Shown one piece after another: positions 1 to 9,625 of a DNA stretch of 64,000 nucleotides (its first letter is position 1; each line of letters begins with the position of its first letter). The notes under the pieces were generated by a model that was not told the origin of the DNA, searched no databases, and saw nothing but the letters and a program-made list of their open reading frames with translations. The position numbers and the translations under genes are program-made. This DNA comes from a bacterium. GTDB lineage: Bacteria; Electryoneota; Electryoneia; Electryoneales; Electryoneaceae. The stretch is from assembly GCA_963675295.2 (NCBI GenBank), contig CAXXKJ010000002.1, positions 416,001 through 480,000 on the forward strand, given 5' to 3'.

Positions 1-999
1 CGGGAACGCATCGTCGATCATCAGCGGCACGAACGTGTTCCCGCCGGTCATGTCGTGCAGCGGCAGGTCGTCACGGATCGGCGCGTCGTTCATGTCCGCG
101 CCCTGGCCGGTGACATCCCGCATGTGGCAATCCTGGCAGGTTGAGACATATTCGAGGTTGCCGCCAAACTGCGGCGCGTAGACACCGTTCGGCGAGTTGT
201 AGTCCGACTGCAACCACTCGCTGTACGTGCGTTCGACGGGGAAAAAACCGTACGTGTCAAACTGACCGGCGGGCTGCCCGAACGCGTTCGGCACATAGTC
301 CCGTCCGCCAGCGTGGTCGAACACAGGGTTGCTGACATCGTGGCACGTGCCGCAGAATACCGCTTCCTTGTGATACGGCGAGTACAGCGTAGAGTGACGC
401 GCGGTGGTTTCGAAATACGGCCCGCGCTTGATCTCGGCGTCGTCCATCACGTACATCCCGTTCCCGTCCACCGGCGGAATCGCGGTGATCGTCGCCAGAT
501 ATGCTTGATCCACCGAGTACGTGTTGTCCGTGTACACCGGATCGTCCGGATACGGATTCTCCCCCAGCTCACTCGGCTTGATCATCCGGTGGCAGGTCGC
601 GCAGTGCAGCCCCTCGCGGTCGTCTGCGTTTAATGCTGATCCGTCCGTTGGCGTCGAACGGCCCTCCAGCCACCCCGACTGGGTGTGGCACCGGATGCAC
701 AAATCCCCCACCTCCGGTGCGTCCTGGTTGCTGACTGCGAGGCACGCCAGCCACATCGGGTCGCGCGCGGACTGCGACATCATGCTGCCCGCCCAGTTGA
801 AATACGGCTCCACCGCCTGGTCGTATCCGCCGTGGCAGTTGTCGCACTGGCCGGGCGAACGGAAGGTGCCGGACTCATCCGGCTGCGATCCCGGCAGGAA
901 AAAATCGTCGATGGTGGTCGGCACCGGGTCCGCCACCGCACCGACGGCAAACGCCAACATGAGAACGGACGCCAGGACAGACGTCAACACATGTTTCAC
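1..999 (-). CDS. Secreted multiheme c-type cytochrome, 3' part runs off the window
   Basis: Manual translation from GTG at 999: signal peptide MKHVLTSVLASVLMLAFAVGAVA, then CDNCH, CIRCH, CATCH, CGTCH and CQDCH. WAGSMMSQSARDP resembles WRSSMMANAAKDP of the 10703 gene. Absent from the ORF track because there is no stop in the window. Confidence 0.88.
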   Translation of the reverse strand, partial: MKHVLTSVLASVLMLAFAVGAVADPVPTTIDDFFLPGSQPDESGTFRSPGQCDNCHGGYDQAVEPYFNWAGSMMSQSARDPMWLACLAVSNQDAPEVGDLCIRCHTQSGWLEGRSTPTDGSALNADDREGLHCATCHRMIKPSELGENPYPDDPVYTDNTYSVDQAYLATITAIPPVDGNGMYVMDDAEIKRGPYFETTARHSTLYSPYHKEAVFCGTCHDVSNPVFDHAGGRDYVPNAFGQPAGQFDTYGFFPVERTYSEWLQSDYNSPNGVYAPQFGGNLEYVSTCQDCHMRDVTGQGADMNDAPIRDDLPLHDMTGGNTFVPLMIDDAFP

Positions 1000-1474
1000 C
1001 TGCAACCCCCTGCGCCCAAGGGTGAATCGGTTCAATTGATACCGCCGTCACGTGAACACGGCGGGGACGCATAGCTGTCCAACCGTGATTCATCGTTGGT
1101 AACGGCTTACAACTCTTCGTTGGATGACGGAAACGGAAATTCAAAGGCAGGCTACGTCGGGTGGACACCAGTACGTCATCCGGTGAAACGTACGAAGCTG
1201 GGTGGTTTCACACAACAAAGATGCCGTGTTTTTCAACAGATTTCGCTAAGATTGAGTCTAATCGGCTCTGATCTCCAATGTTTGTGCATACTAAGCGTTA
1301 GGAACGCCTTACACGCTAAACGATCTTTCATCATTGCCAACTCTTATCGCACTGTCACCAATCAATAGCGCACAATGTTGCCAATCTTTGAGTACATATG
1401 TAGGCTGTTTTCATCCGGCCGCTCGATTCTGTATCTTCCGGACCTTAGGCTCGCAGTGTATTTCCCGTGTTGTT

Positions 1475-1980
1475 TGCCCCGACCGCCAAAGAGCTGGTCG
1501 GGATTACCCGCACGATCGTTACCCGAGCCCTGGGCCCTGAGCCCTGAGCCCTGAGCCCCGAGCCCTGAGCCCTGAGCCCTGAGCCCCGAGCCCGAGCCCC
1601 GAGCCCCGAGCCCGATAATCACCGCGTAGCGGTGACGGGTGGATAGCGTGTTACCCGCATGATCGTAACCCGAGCCCTGAGCCCTGAGCCCTGAGCCCTG
1701 AGCCCCGAGCCCTGAGCCCGGTAATCACCGCGTAGCGGTGATGGGTGGTTAGCGTGTGGCTTCAGCCACACGACCGGACGCTCGCCCAATCTCTCCGGCT
1801 GCGTCCTGTAGGGACGCCGCGGCTTGTTGTCCTCCCGAGAGACGAGGGACCAGAGACGAGAGACGAGACGAGAGACCGGGGTTCCGTGCCGAGAGCCGCG
1901 AACGGCGTGGCCCGACATGGTGCCATTCCATATCGGGTATCGTGGTGTTATTGTCCCGCGAGACCAGACACGAGAGCCGA
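1475..1980. repeat. Intergenic mosaic of REP-like hairpins and heptamer arrays
   Basis: (GAGCCCT/C)n at ~1523-1614 and ~1669-1719; (GAGACGA)n at ~1838-1876; two copies of TAATCACCGCGTAGCGGTGA; TGCCCCGACC..GGTCGGG hairpin at 1475. Confidence 0.9.
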
Positions 1981-2019
1981 GTCCCGGTCCTATCTCCGGA
2001 GAAGGTCTCGCGGAATCCG

Positions 2020-2048
2020 TTGACTCTTCGCGGGGCACGGTCTATCTT
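2020..2048 (+). promoter_or_regulatory. Putative sigma70 promoter of rplU-rpmA
   Basis: TTGACT-17 bp-TATCTT, about 40 bp upstream of rplU. Confidence 0.6.
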
Positions 2049-2088
2049 TGCGTTTCTGGAAAAAAACACAACCGGGAGCGGTTATCCC

Positions 2089-2409
2089 ATGAACTACGCG
2101 ATTGCAGAAATCGCGGGACGTCAATTCCGCATTGAAGAAGGGGCAGAGCTCGATGTCCCGCGTCTGTCGGCGGAAGCTGGCGAATCGGTTACGCTGGACA
2201 AGCTGTTGCTGACCAATTGGGACGGCAAGGTTGTTGTCGGCGGTCCGTATGTCGACGGCGCCTCTGTGACGGCGGAAGTTGTCGATCATCCCCGCGGCAA
2301 AAAGGTGTGGGTGTTCAAGAAGAAGCGTCGCAAGGGCTTCAAGAAGGGCGGCTCGGCGCGTGAAGTGTTTACCCGCATATCCATCAAGCAGGTGAAGGTT
2401 CCGGCGTAA
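2089..2409 (+). CDS. rplU: 50S ribosomal protein L21
   Basis: [18 protein letters not shown]...[15 protein letters not shown]...FKKKRRKGF; lies upstream of rpmA. Confidence 0.97.
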   Translation: MNYAIAEIAGRQFRIEEGAELDVPRLSAEAGESVTLDKLLLTNWDGKVVVGGPYVDGASVTAEVVDHPRGKKVWVFKKKRRKGFKKGGSAREVFTRISIKQVKVPA

Positions 2410-2435
2410 GCACGGACTGAAAGCGGAGGCCGGAA

Positions 2436-2696
2436 ATGGCACATAAAAAAGGTATGGGTTCGTCGCGGAACGGTCGTGACAGCAACCCGCAGATGCTTGG
2501 TATCAAGCGCTATGGTGGCGAAGCGGTAACGGCCGGTTCGATCATCGTGCGCCAGCGTGGCACGAAGTTCCACCCGGGCAAGAATGTCGGCCTGGGCAAG
2601 GACGATACGTTGTTTGCGAAGGTGGATGGCGTCGTCGAATTCTCGACCGCCGGCCGTCGCCCGAGAACCGTCCACATTCAGCCCGCCGAGGACTGA
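2436..2696 (+). CDS. rpmA: 50S ribosomal protein L27
   Basis: [16 protein letters not shown]...[15 protein letters not shown]. Confidence 0.99.
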   Translation: MAHKKGMGSSRNGRDSNPQMLGIKRYGGEAVTAGSIIVRQRGTKFHPGKNVGLGKDDTLFAKVDGVVEFSTAGRRPRTVHIQPAED

Positions 2697-2712
2697 GGGG
2701 ACGAGTGAGCAC

Positions 2713-3139
2713 GTGCCCGTGTTTGCTTGCAAACGCGGACGCTCAGACGGTTGCATGTACTTGTGAGTGATTTTCCAACGACTCATCATTCGTGATGAGT
2801 CGTTTTTGTATGCCCCGACCACAAAAGAGCTGGTCGGGATTAGTCGCAGCCTATCCAACCCGGCTTGTTCGTTCAGGCCGGGTTTTCTGTGTCTGGTTCA
2901 ATGCCCGTGTTGCAAAAGATGCAAACGCGGACGATCAGAGGCCGAATAGACGGTTGTTTCAGGGTGTCATCCTGAACGCAGTGAAGGATCTCGTCGTTAT
3001 CTCAAGCCGCATCGATTTTCGTTGCGGCTTTTTCTGTGTCTGTTCTTTCTTTTCCTGTCTTTTACTATCTGTTCCTATCAGTTCCTGTCTTTTACTTTCA
3101 GTTCCTATCTGTTACTTCTTTTGCGTCTTTTGCTTCTTT
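2713..3139. repeat. REP-like palindrome cluster and pyrimidine-rich 10-mer repeats
   Basis: TGCCC hairpins at 2713, 2811 and 2902; GTCATCCTGAACGCAGTGAAGGATCTC at 2966; CTATCTGTTC-type 10-mers at ~3052-3115. Confidence 0.8.
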
Positions 3140-5485
3140 TCACCCCCCACAATGCTTGCGCAACCTTATAACCACCCACCTATGCCACCGCCCGGGCAAT
3201 GAATCCGGCCATTTCTCCGCATACGGCCGAAGCAACCCTTTCGCCTCCGTCCATGACCGGCAGGCGTCATCAGCCTGCGCTAATCCATGCAAAACGAGTC
3301 CTCGCTGAAATAGACTTGCCCCCAGATCAGCATTGAAGCGCACCGGATTTTCATCGGCGAGCGCACGCCGAATCCGAATCGCCTCTTCGATTGCTTCCAG
3401 TGCTTCGTCATACCGCCCGAGGTTGGAAAACCGGATCGACAGGTTGTTCAGGCTTTGGGCGAGATCCGGCCGGTGGCGCGCCGGATTCTCCTCTGCCAGC
3501 GCACGGTACATATTCAACGCTTCTTCAATCGCTTCCAGTGCTTCTTCATGCCGTCCGAGGTTGGAAAACCGGATCGACAGGTTGTTCAGGCTGTCGCTGA
3601 GATCCGGCCGGTATCTTGCTGGATTCTCCTCCGCCAGCGCGCGACGGATTTCAACCGCTTCTTCATTCGCCTTCAGTGCTTCGTCATGCCGTCCGAGGTT
3701 GGAATACATGACCGACAGGTTGTTCAGGCTGTTGCTGAGGTCCGACCGGTATCGCGCCGGATTCTCCTCTGCCAGCGCGCGACGGATTTCAACCGCTTCG
3801 TCGATTGCTTCCAACGCTTCGTCATGCCGCCCCAGGTTGGAATACTTGACCGACAGGTTGTTCAGGCCTAGGGCAAGATCCGGCCGGTATCGCGCCGGAT
3901 TCTCCTTCGCCAGCCCACGCATCATCTTCAACGCTTCTTCGCTCGCCTCAAGCGCTTCAACAGGTTTTCCGCGATATTCCTCAAAGATCGACAAATCGTT
4001 GTTCAAATCTGATCGTTTATATAAATCCTCGGTATGCAAGAGAAGCTCTCGACAGGCATTACATGCCAGTGGAAGAAATACTTGAGGAAGGCGTTCCTCT
4101 CGAAGCAGTGGATGCACAACTCGACACCGTTCTGCTTCCCCATCCACCATCCGTTCCAGCGCATCCCGCAACGGCGCCGTATCCCGCCCCAACACAAAGT
4201 GCATGTCATCGGCGAGTCGCTCAATCCGGCTGAACGCATTCGCCGGGTCAGGTTCAATCGCCGCCCACAGGCGTTCGGGATTGGCGACCGAGTCGTCCTT
4301 GTCCGGAGCGAACAACACCACGTGCAGCAACGCCGCCGCCACGATATCCGGTTCCGGCGGCTTCACGACCAGCGGCGCGGCATCAGGCGTGGCTGTCCCC
4401 GCGTCTTCGCCTTCCACCACCCAGCGGCCGGCGAGATGCACTTCTTTCAGCTGTTCCGCGATCATCTCAGCGTCACCCAGACCGAGTTTCAGATCCGGGT
4501 TCGCCGCCCACGCCTTCACCGTCCTCAGCGGCACCGGCCCGTGCATCGCGGCCATCGCGACCAGACGCGCCAGCCCGTCGGGATGCGTGCCCGGCAGCTC
4601 GCCGAACCCCGCCGCTTTTGCCGCTTCACGCAGGCGTTGAATCTCCCGGTCCGCCAGCGAGGTCACAATCTCACGACCCGCGTATTTGATCTCAGCGTCG
4701 CCCGGCGTGGTCGCTTCGTACACCGACGCCGCGAGCACAAACAGCGCGCGTTCGTTTTCCGGTGCTAGCTTGACCCACTCGTCCAGCGCCTCGACCGATA
4801 TCGCGTCACCGCCCAGGCCGAACTGCTCCTGCAGCCTTTCCAGCGCGGAGGTGTACAGCTCATGCGCCGCCTCGCCGCGCAACGGTTTCAGCCGCAATGG
4901 CTGCATGTCCACCTTCGTGCGCACATGGGCTTCGTTCAGCATGTCGGTCCATTCGTCCGGATCGGACCGGCTCAGCAGCAGCACCCGGACCCGGGTGTCC
5001 GTGCCCAACTCCGACAGGTTTTTCAGCAGCTCGCGCGTTTCCTTCGGGTGTTGTTCCGGGTAGTCAACCAGCAGCAGCAGGCCGTGCTTCGAGACGTAGA
5101 AACTGACCGGTTCATTCAGCCGGACAAACCCCGCCGACCATTTCTCGCCGATCATCTGCTGCGCGAATTCCGCCGCCAGCCGTGTTTTCCCCATTCCGCC
5201 CGGCGCGACAACGAATTTCGCCGACACCGTCTGCGACCCGGTCGCCCAGTCCCGCAACGCCGCCATTTCTTCGTCCCGTCCGACGAACCTGGAAACACGT
5301 GTACTCCACCGCATCACGGAGAACAGGTCGAAGGTGGGCTGCAGGTCGTCCCACGGAATGCTTAGCTTGATCGGTTGTTCGGGCGGGTTGCCACGTCCGC
5401 CCAGACTGAGGTTGCCGATGAAGTTGAATTCCGGTCCGGGAACGGACCCTGGTGTGGATGCGCTGAATTTGATAAGGTTGAACAT
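3140..5485 (-). CDS. STAND-like P-loop ATPase with C-terminal TPR repeats
   Basis: FVGRDEE motif, Walker A APGGMGKT, Walker B-like LLLLVDY, repeated RPDLAxSLNNLS TPR units. Confidence 0.85.
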   Translation of the reverse strand: MFNLIKFSASTPGSVPGPEFNFIGNLSLGGRGNPPEQPIKLSIPWDDLQPTFDLFSVMRWSTRVSRFVGRDEEMAALRDWATGSQTVSAKFVVAPGGMGKTRLAAEFAQQMIGEKWSAGFVRLNEPVSFYVSKHGLLLLVDYPEQHPKETRELLKNLSELGTDTRVRVLLLSRSDPDEWTDMLNEAHVRTKVDMQPLRLKPLRGEAAHELYTSALERLQEQFGLGGDAISVEALDEWVKLAPENERALFVLAASVYEATTPGDAEIKYAGREIVTSLADREIQRLREAAKAAGFGELPGTHPDGLARLVAMAAMHGPVPLRTVKAWAANPDLKLGLGDAEMIAEQLKEVHLAGRWVVEGEDAGTATPDAAPLVVKPPEPDIVAAALLHVVLFAPDKDDSVANPERLWAAIEPDPANAFSRIERLADDMHFVLGRDTAPLRDALERMVDGEAERCRVVHPLLREERLPQVFLPLACNACRELLLHTEDLYKRSDLNNDLSIFEEYRGKPVEALEASEEALKMMRGLAKENPARYRPDLALGLNNLSVKYSNLGRHDEALEAIDEAVEIRRALAEENPARYRSDLSNSLNNLSVMYSNLGRHDEALKANEEAVEIRRALAEENPARYRPDLSDSLNNLSIRFSNLGRHEEALEAIEEALNMYRALAEENPARHRPDLAQSLNNLSIRFSNLGRYDEALEAIEEAIRIRRALADENPVRFNADLGASLFQRGLVLHGLAQADDACRSWTEAKGLLRPYAEKWPDSLPGRWHRWVVIRLRKHCGG
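3350..3915 (-). repeat. Four near-identical 138-bp (46-aa) TPR-coding tandem repeats
   Basis: GGTTGGAA...GACAGGTTGTTCAGG recurs at 3421, 3559, 3697 and 3835. Confidence 0.9.
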
Positions 5486-5677
5486 CGTCGTCGTTCCCCC
5501 GGGGTCAACGAGTACACGCGAACAATCAATGTACAGAAATACAGTCGTGCGTGCGGAGCGCTCGACCGGATTGCTTGCAGTCCTGTTGGTTTATACTAGT
5601 CAAACCTGCTCGTGCCGATTCAAGTGATGCTCACGACAGATTGCACTCACCGGCCAGCCGACCCTCGATTGTATTCG

Positions 5678-5728
5678 TTCATCCCTCATCCCTCATCCCT
5701 CACACCTCACACCTCACACCTCATCCCT
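5678..5728. repeat. Heptamer tandem repeats (TCATCCC)n/(TCACACC)n
   Basis: Seen directly in the sequence. Confidence 0.85.
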
Positions 5729-5840
5729 GTTGTTGAAAGACCTCTGTCTCTCTGGCGTTTGCTTGGTACGTTCCCGACATTATCCGGTTGAAGATTGAAC
5801 CAGGTTTCACAAGAACTTTGGATCAGACACGGAGGGAGCG

Positions 5841-6776
5841 ATGGTACGCAAGATCACCGTGATCGGTGGTGGGTATGTCGGCGAGCATGTGGCGCAAGGC
5901 TTGATGCTGCAGGAATTGGCGCAGGAAGTGGTGTTGATCGACGTGATCGAGGACATGCCGCAGGGCAAGGGTCTCGACCAGCGTCAGAGCGCGCCGGTAT
6001 GGGGCAAGGACACGAAGGTAACCGGCACGAATGACTGGGCCGACACCAAGGGCTCGGACATTGTGATCCACACCGCCGGCCGTCCGCGCAAGCCGGGGAT
6101 GAGCCGTGACGATCTGCTCGAGGCGAATGTCGCGATCGTTCGTCCGTGCATGGAACAGGTGAAAGCGCAGAGCCCGGACGCGACCGTGATCATGGTTGCG
6201 AACCCGTTGGACGCGATGACCTACGTCGCGAAGCAGACGTTGGGCTTCCCGAAGAACCGCATCTTCGGTATGGCGGGTATTCTCGACACCGCGCGTTTCC
6301 GTGCGTTCATCGCGATGGAAACCGGCGTCAGCGTGCGCGACATCCAGGCGATGGTTCTCGGTGGGCACGGCGACACGATGGTTCCGCTGCCGCGTTTCAC
6401 CACGATTGCCGGCCTGCCGCTGGAAAACTGGGTCAGCAAGGACAAGATCGACGCCATGGTCGAACGTGCGGCCAAGGGCGGCGGTGAAATCGTCAAGCTG
6501 CTGAAGTTCGGTTCGGCCTACTATGCTCCGTCCGCGGGCGCGGTCGAAATGGCGGAAGCGATCGTCAAGAACAGCCGTCGCGTGCTGCCGTGCTGCGCGT
6601 TCCTCGAAGGGGAATACAAGCACGAAGGCATCTACATGGGCGTGCCGGTGATCGTTGGCGAGAATGGCGTCGAAAAGATCATCGAGTATCCGTTCAACGA
6701 CGAGGAACAGGCGATGTTCGACAAGTCCGTCGAAGCCACCAAGGGCCTGCTCGAAGATGTGAAGAAGTTCCTCTGA
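5841..6776 (+). CDS. mdh: Malate dehydrogenase (LDH-like)
   Basis: GGGYVG Rossmann motif, TAGRPRKPGMSRDDL, NPLD, LDTAR, LGGHGD, GSAYYAP. Confidence 0.97.
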   Translation: MVRKITVIGGGYVGEHVAQGLMLQELAQEVVLIDVIEDMPQGKGLDQRQSAPVWGKDTKVTGTNDWADTKGSDIVIHTAGRPRKPGMSRDDLLEANVAIVRPCMEQVKAQSPDATVIMVANPLDAMTYVAKQTLGFPKNRIFGMAGILDTARFRAFIAMETGVSVRDIQAMVLGGHGDTMVPLPRFTTIAGLPLENWVSKDKIDAMVERAAKGGGEIVKLLKFGSAYYAPSAGAVEMAEAIVKNSRRVLPCCAFLEGEYKHEGIYMGVPVIVGENGVEKIIEYPFNDEEQAMFDKSVEATKGLLEDVKKFL

Positions 6777-7119
6777 GGAACAGCAGCTGTGAGCTCTGAG
6801 CTTTGAGCTGTGAGCAACAGACTTATCCAGGGACACGTTGGCGACAATGTGTCCCTGTTTCTTTGCCTGGTTTGCGTTACGGAGTGGTTTTTTTGCGGGG
6901 CTGACGGAGTCTTTCAACTCTGGTCTTCCGTCTCTTGGAACTGCAGCAATGAGTTTCCTTGCTTCGCTCAGGATGATGTCTGAAGAATCGATTGACGGGC
7001 AGTGTTCTGGTAGCGAAACACGAGCAGATCCAGGTTTCGAACACGGGTTCAATGCCGCTGGTTGTTCTCTGTTTGCGAGTGCGTCGAGTCCGCGTCCGCA
7101 AGCGGACACGGGCACATCA

Positions 7120-7835
7120 TTCGGACGGAGATAGCGGACAAAGCCAGCGTGCGCGGAGGAATAGCCGTGTTTGCGGCGGGAGATCAGTTCGGGGTAGACT
7201 AGGCGAGGCGGTTCGGGACGTGGGCCGCGCAACCCCCTGTTCCAGCCTCCGCCGGGTCCGCCGGGCCCATGGCCGGGTTTGTAGTGCCGGCGGGGCTTGC
7301 GTGGCGGACGCTTGAGACGGCCATATGGGTCAAGCAGCTCGCGTGGGACGGGCTGGCCGGTATCGTCGTACAGGATCGGGCAGGGCCGCAGCGGCTGGAT
7401 GTTTTCCTTGACCTTATAGGTGCCTCGTCGAACACCGGTGGGCAGGCCGGGACGGTCCTCGGAGGGGCCTCGGGGTGGTTTGGTCGAACGGGTCCGGTGA
7501 AAGCTGCGGTTGGGATCAAAGATAGATCCTGCTTCGGGCTCGGGACGCTGGGTTCGGTGGGATTGCGGACGGCGGGTTACAGGAAGTCTTTCCGGGCTTT
7601 CCAACGCTAGCGATTGAGGTTCAGGCGGATGATCCGCAGTAGCACGTTTTACCTCGCAGGCATCATCGGGTGTCTGGACAGAGGTCATGCGTTCCGAGAT
7701 ACAAAGGATGTGCCGGATAAGGCGCAACAGAGTGGGCAGCAGGTGTGGGGTGCGGGCGATGAAACGCATGGCAGTAAAGATGTGGGTGAAATGCCGGGGT
7801 GTAACTGAGGGCAGGTCTTGGATCCGGTCGGACAC
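7120..7835 (-). CDS. Unknown Pro/Arg-rich protein, paralog 1. The formal ORF continues without a stop to 5823; the true end is uncertain
   Basis: About 90 aa (YDxxGxPVPxELLDxYGRLKRP..GPGGPGGGWNRG..YPELI..GYxSAHAGFVRY) are shared with the 9626 ORF, with many synonymous differences. Confidence 0.65.
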
Positions 7836-7846
7836 CGGATACGAGG

Positions 7847-7875
7847 AATGTAACTGAACAGATGTTTGATGTCAA
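7847..7875 (-). promoter_or_regulatory. sigma70 promoter with a LexA-like box in the spacer
   Basis: Minus strand TTGACA-17 bp-TACATT; the spacer contains AAACATCTGTTC (GAAC-AGAT-GTTT on the plus strand, 7856-7867). Confidence 0.7.
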
Positions 7876-7911
7876 GCCTCAATTGACTGGCGTTGAAAGC
7901 CCTGACAATCT

Positions 7912-7964
7912 AGTCCGTCAACGAGACTAAGGGTCTGCTCGAAGAGGTGAAGAAGTTTTTGTAA
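7912..7964 (+). other. Diverged duplicate of the mdh 3' end
   Basis: Encodes SVNETKGLLEEVKKFL* versus mdh SVEATKGLLEDVKKFL*; ~42/53 nt identical to 6724-6776. Confidence 0.85.
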
Positions 7965-7987
7965 AGCTAAGCAATAGTTCGTACTTT

Positions 7988-8014
7988 AGGCCTGACTTGC
8001 GTCAGGCCTTTTTT
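7988..8014 (+). terminator. Rho-independent terminator
   Basis: AGGCCTGAC-TTGC-GTCAGGCCT followed by a T run. Confidence 0.8.
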
Positions 8015-8049
8015 GATGCTTTCAAAGCACTCTGGTCATGGGGGAGGGG

Positions 8050-8778
8050 ATGATGAGAAAGCTTTTACTCTTGATTGTATTCCTGATGTTAATACCAGGA
8101 TGTGTTTATATTGTCAGATTCCACCCAATTATAGAACCTGATAAAGCTAAAGAGATGTTATATGTAGATGGCAATGAAGTTATTTTTTCTGAAAAGGACA
8201 GCACTTCAATAGCATTATATTTGCATAAGAAAGATGAGTATGAGTTAATTTGTCACATATTATATTTCAACAAAACTGATAGTTTGTTAAATGTATTCCC
8301 AGATCACGCAAGAGTCTTCTATTACTATGATAATAGGAAAAAGATGGATTCATTATATGTATATCCAAGCGATATATATATGAAAAAAATCAGAACTATG
8401 CAGCAAATAAATAATTTTGCATTAGCGTTGAGTGCTACAGCAGCATCCTATAGTTCAAATACTACAACAACAACTACAGGGGTCATTGGTGGAGATGTGG
8501 TAAATGTTACATCAACAAGTAGTAATCCTCAAACATTTACACAATCAATGTTACAGGTCGGAAATACAATAAGATATAATAATCAAATATATGCAGCAGC
8601 AAATCTTGCAACCGAGTTAGGATTGGTAAAAAGACACACATTATGGCCAAATACATATGTAGAAGGAAATATAATCATAAAATATAAATCATCAGATAGA
8701 TACAGAGTTGAAATACCATTTGGCGATGATGTTCATATTGTTGAATTTAATGCTGAACAAGTTAGCGTCCCAGATTAG
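8050..8778 (+). CDS. AT-rich hypothetical lipoprotein
   Basis: MMRKLLLLIVFLMLIPG-C lipobox; ~30-35% GC in sampled lines. Confidence 0.8.
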   Translation: MMRKLLLLIVFLMLIPGCVYIVRFHPIIEPDKAKEMLYVDGNEVIFSEKDSTSIALYLHKKDEYELICHILYFNKTDSLLNVFPDHARVFYYYDNRKKMDSLYVYPSDIYMKKIRTMQQINNFALALSATAASYSSNTTTTTTGVIGGDVVNVTSTSSNPQTFTQSMLQVGNTIRYNNQIYAAANLATELGLVKRHTLWPNTYVEGNIIIKYKSSDRYRVEIPFGDDVHIVEFNAEQVSVPD

Positions 8779-8839
8779 ATAAAGGGAAACAGACGGCCGG
8801 GTGGCCCGACTTGCTTGCCAAGTCGGGTGTCATGGTTTT

Positions 8840-9094
8840 CTACCTGTATACATCCTTCCGATGCCGAATCCGTGTCACGGTCAATTCTTCTGCGCCTTCA
8901 ACATACTCGTACACCACCCGGTGTTCGCCAGCGCGGATGCGATACAGGAAATCGGCTCTCTTGAGCTTGCGGTGGTTTGTCGGGAACGGATCACTCTCGA
9001 GCGCATCAATGGCTTGGTTGACACGTTCGACGAACTGTTGTGGCAGCTTCTTGTAATCGCGTAGTGCGGCGGATGTAAACGTGATGCGTGGCAT
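8840..9094 (-). CDS. RelE/ParE-family toxin
   Basis: MPRITFTSAALRDYKKL...YRIRAGEHRVVY...IRHRKDVYR. Confidence 0.88.
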   Translation of the reverse strand: MPRITFTSAALRDYKKLPQQFVERVNQAIDALESDPFPTNHRKLKRADFLYRIRAGEHRVVYEYVEGAEELTVTRIRHRKDVYR

Positions 9095-9111
9095 GGCTCG
9101 GTCGTGTTGGT

Positions 9112-9357
9112 TCACGCTTGCCGACGGATATCCTTCCACTCGTGCCGTGCCGGATCGGCCATTGCTTTGCGTGCCGCCGCCGCATCCGCCTTATCCAGCA
9201 TCGATTCCATCAGCTCGTAATCTTCCAACGGCACCAGCACACCGGCCACCTTCCCGCGACGGTGGATCTGAACCCGCACCTTGTTGTATTCGACACGGTT
9301 GAGCACGTCCCGTAGTTCGGACCGAAGCTCACTCGCCTGCATGCGTTCGCTGTTCAT
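9112..9357 (-). CDS. Phd/YefM-family antitoxin
   Basis: ASELRSELRDVLNRV...IHRRGKVAGVLVPLEDYE; upstream of the toxin gene. Confidence 0.88.
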   Translation of the reverse strand: MNSERMQASELRSELRDVLNRVEYNKVRVQIHRRGKVAGVLVPLEDYELMESMLDKADAAAARKAMADPARHEWKDIRRQA

Positions 9358-9360
9358 GGT

Positions 9361-9405
9361 TCGTACCTCATGTACATAAAGTCAATCTCGTACGAAACGT
9401 ACAAT
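9361..9405. promoter_or_regulatory. Putative toxin-antitoxin autorepression operator
   Basis: Repeated GTAC-centred palindromes (TGTACA, TCGTACGA) just upstream of the antitoxin. Confidence 0.5.
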
Positions 9406-9528
9406 ACACCGTCGTGGAAATCAAGCGATACTGCAACAATTGTCGTTTCACCGTCGCAAACAGGCTACGTATCAACCGTTTTCCGTGTCGTCCGTGTATT
9501 CCGTGGTTCCATTTGGGTTGCCTGCCTC

Positions 9529-9593
9529 TTGACAACCCCGTCCAGATTCCGTATCATCAACTGAACATTTGTTCTGTCCTGGAACAGATGTCT
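9529..9593 (+). promoter_or_regulatory. sigma70 promoter with two LexA-like boxes at and after +1
   Basis: TTGACA(9529)-17 bp-TATCAT(9552); GAACATTTGTTC at 9563-9574; GAACAGATGTCT at 9582-9593. Confidence 0.72.
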
Positions 9594-9625
9594 GCCGAAA
9601 TCCCACCAACCCGCCGACCCACCGT

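Noticed and set aside
1362-2088. ORFs with GSGLRAQ/ETRD repeats and the N-terminal extension of rplU
   Set aside because: They are translations of heptamer arrays; rplU has its own promoter and start at 2089.
5823-6776. Antisense extension over mdh and other long shadow ORFs (e.g. 12550..13947, 29136..30674, 45373..46587, 37988..39259)
   Set aside because: They overlap clear genes in GC-rich DNA, where open shadow frames are common, and they show no recognisable motifs.
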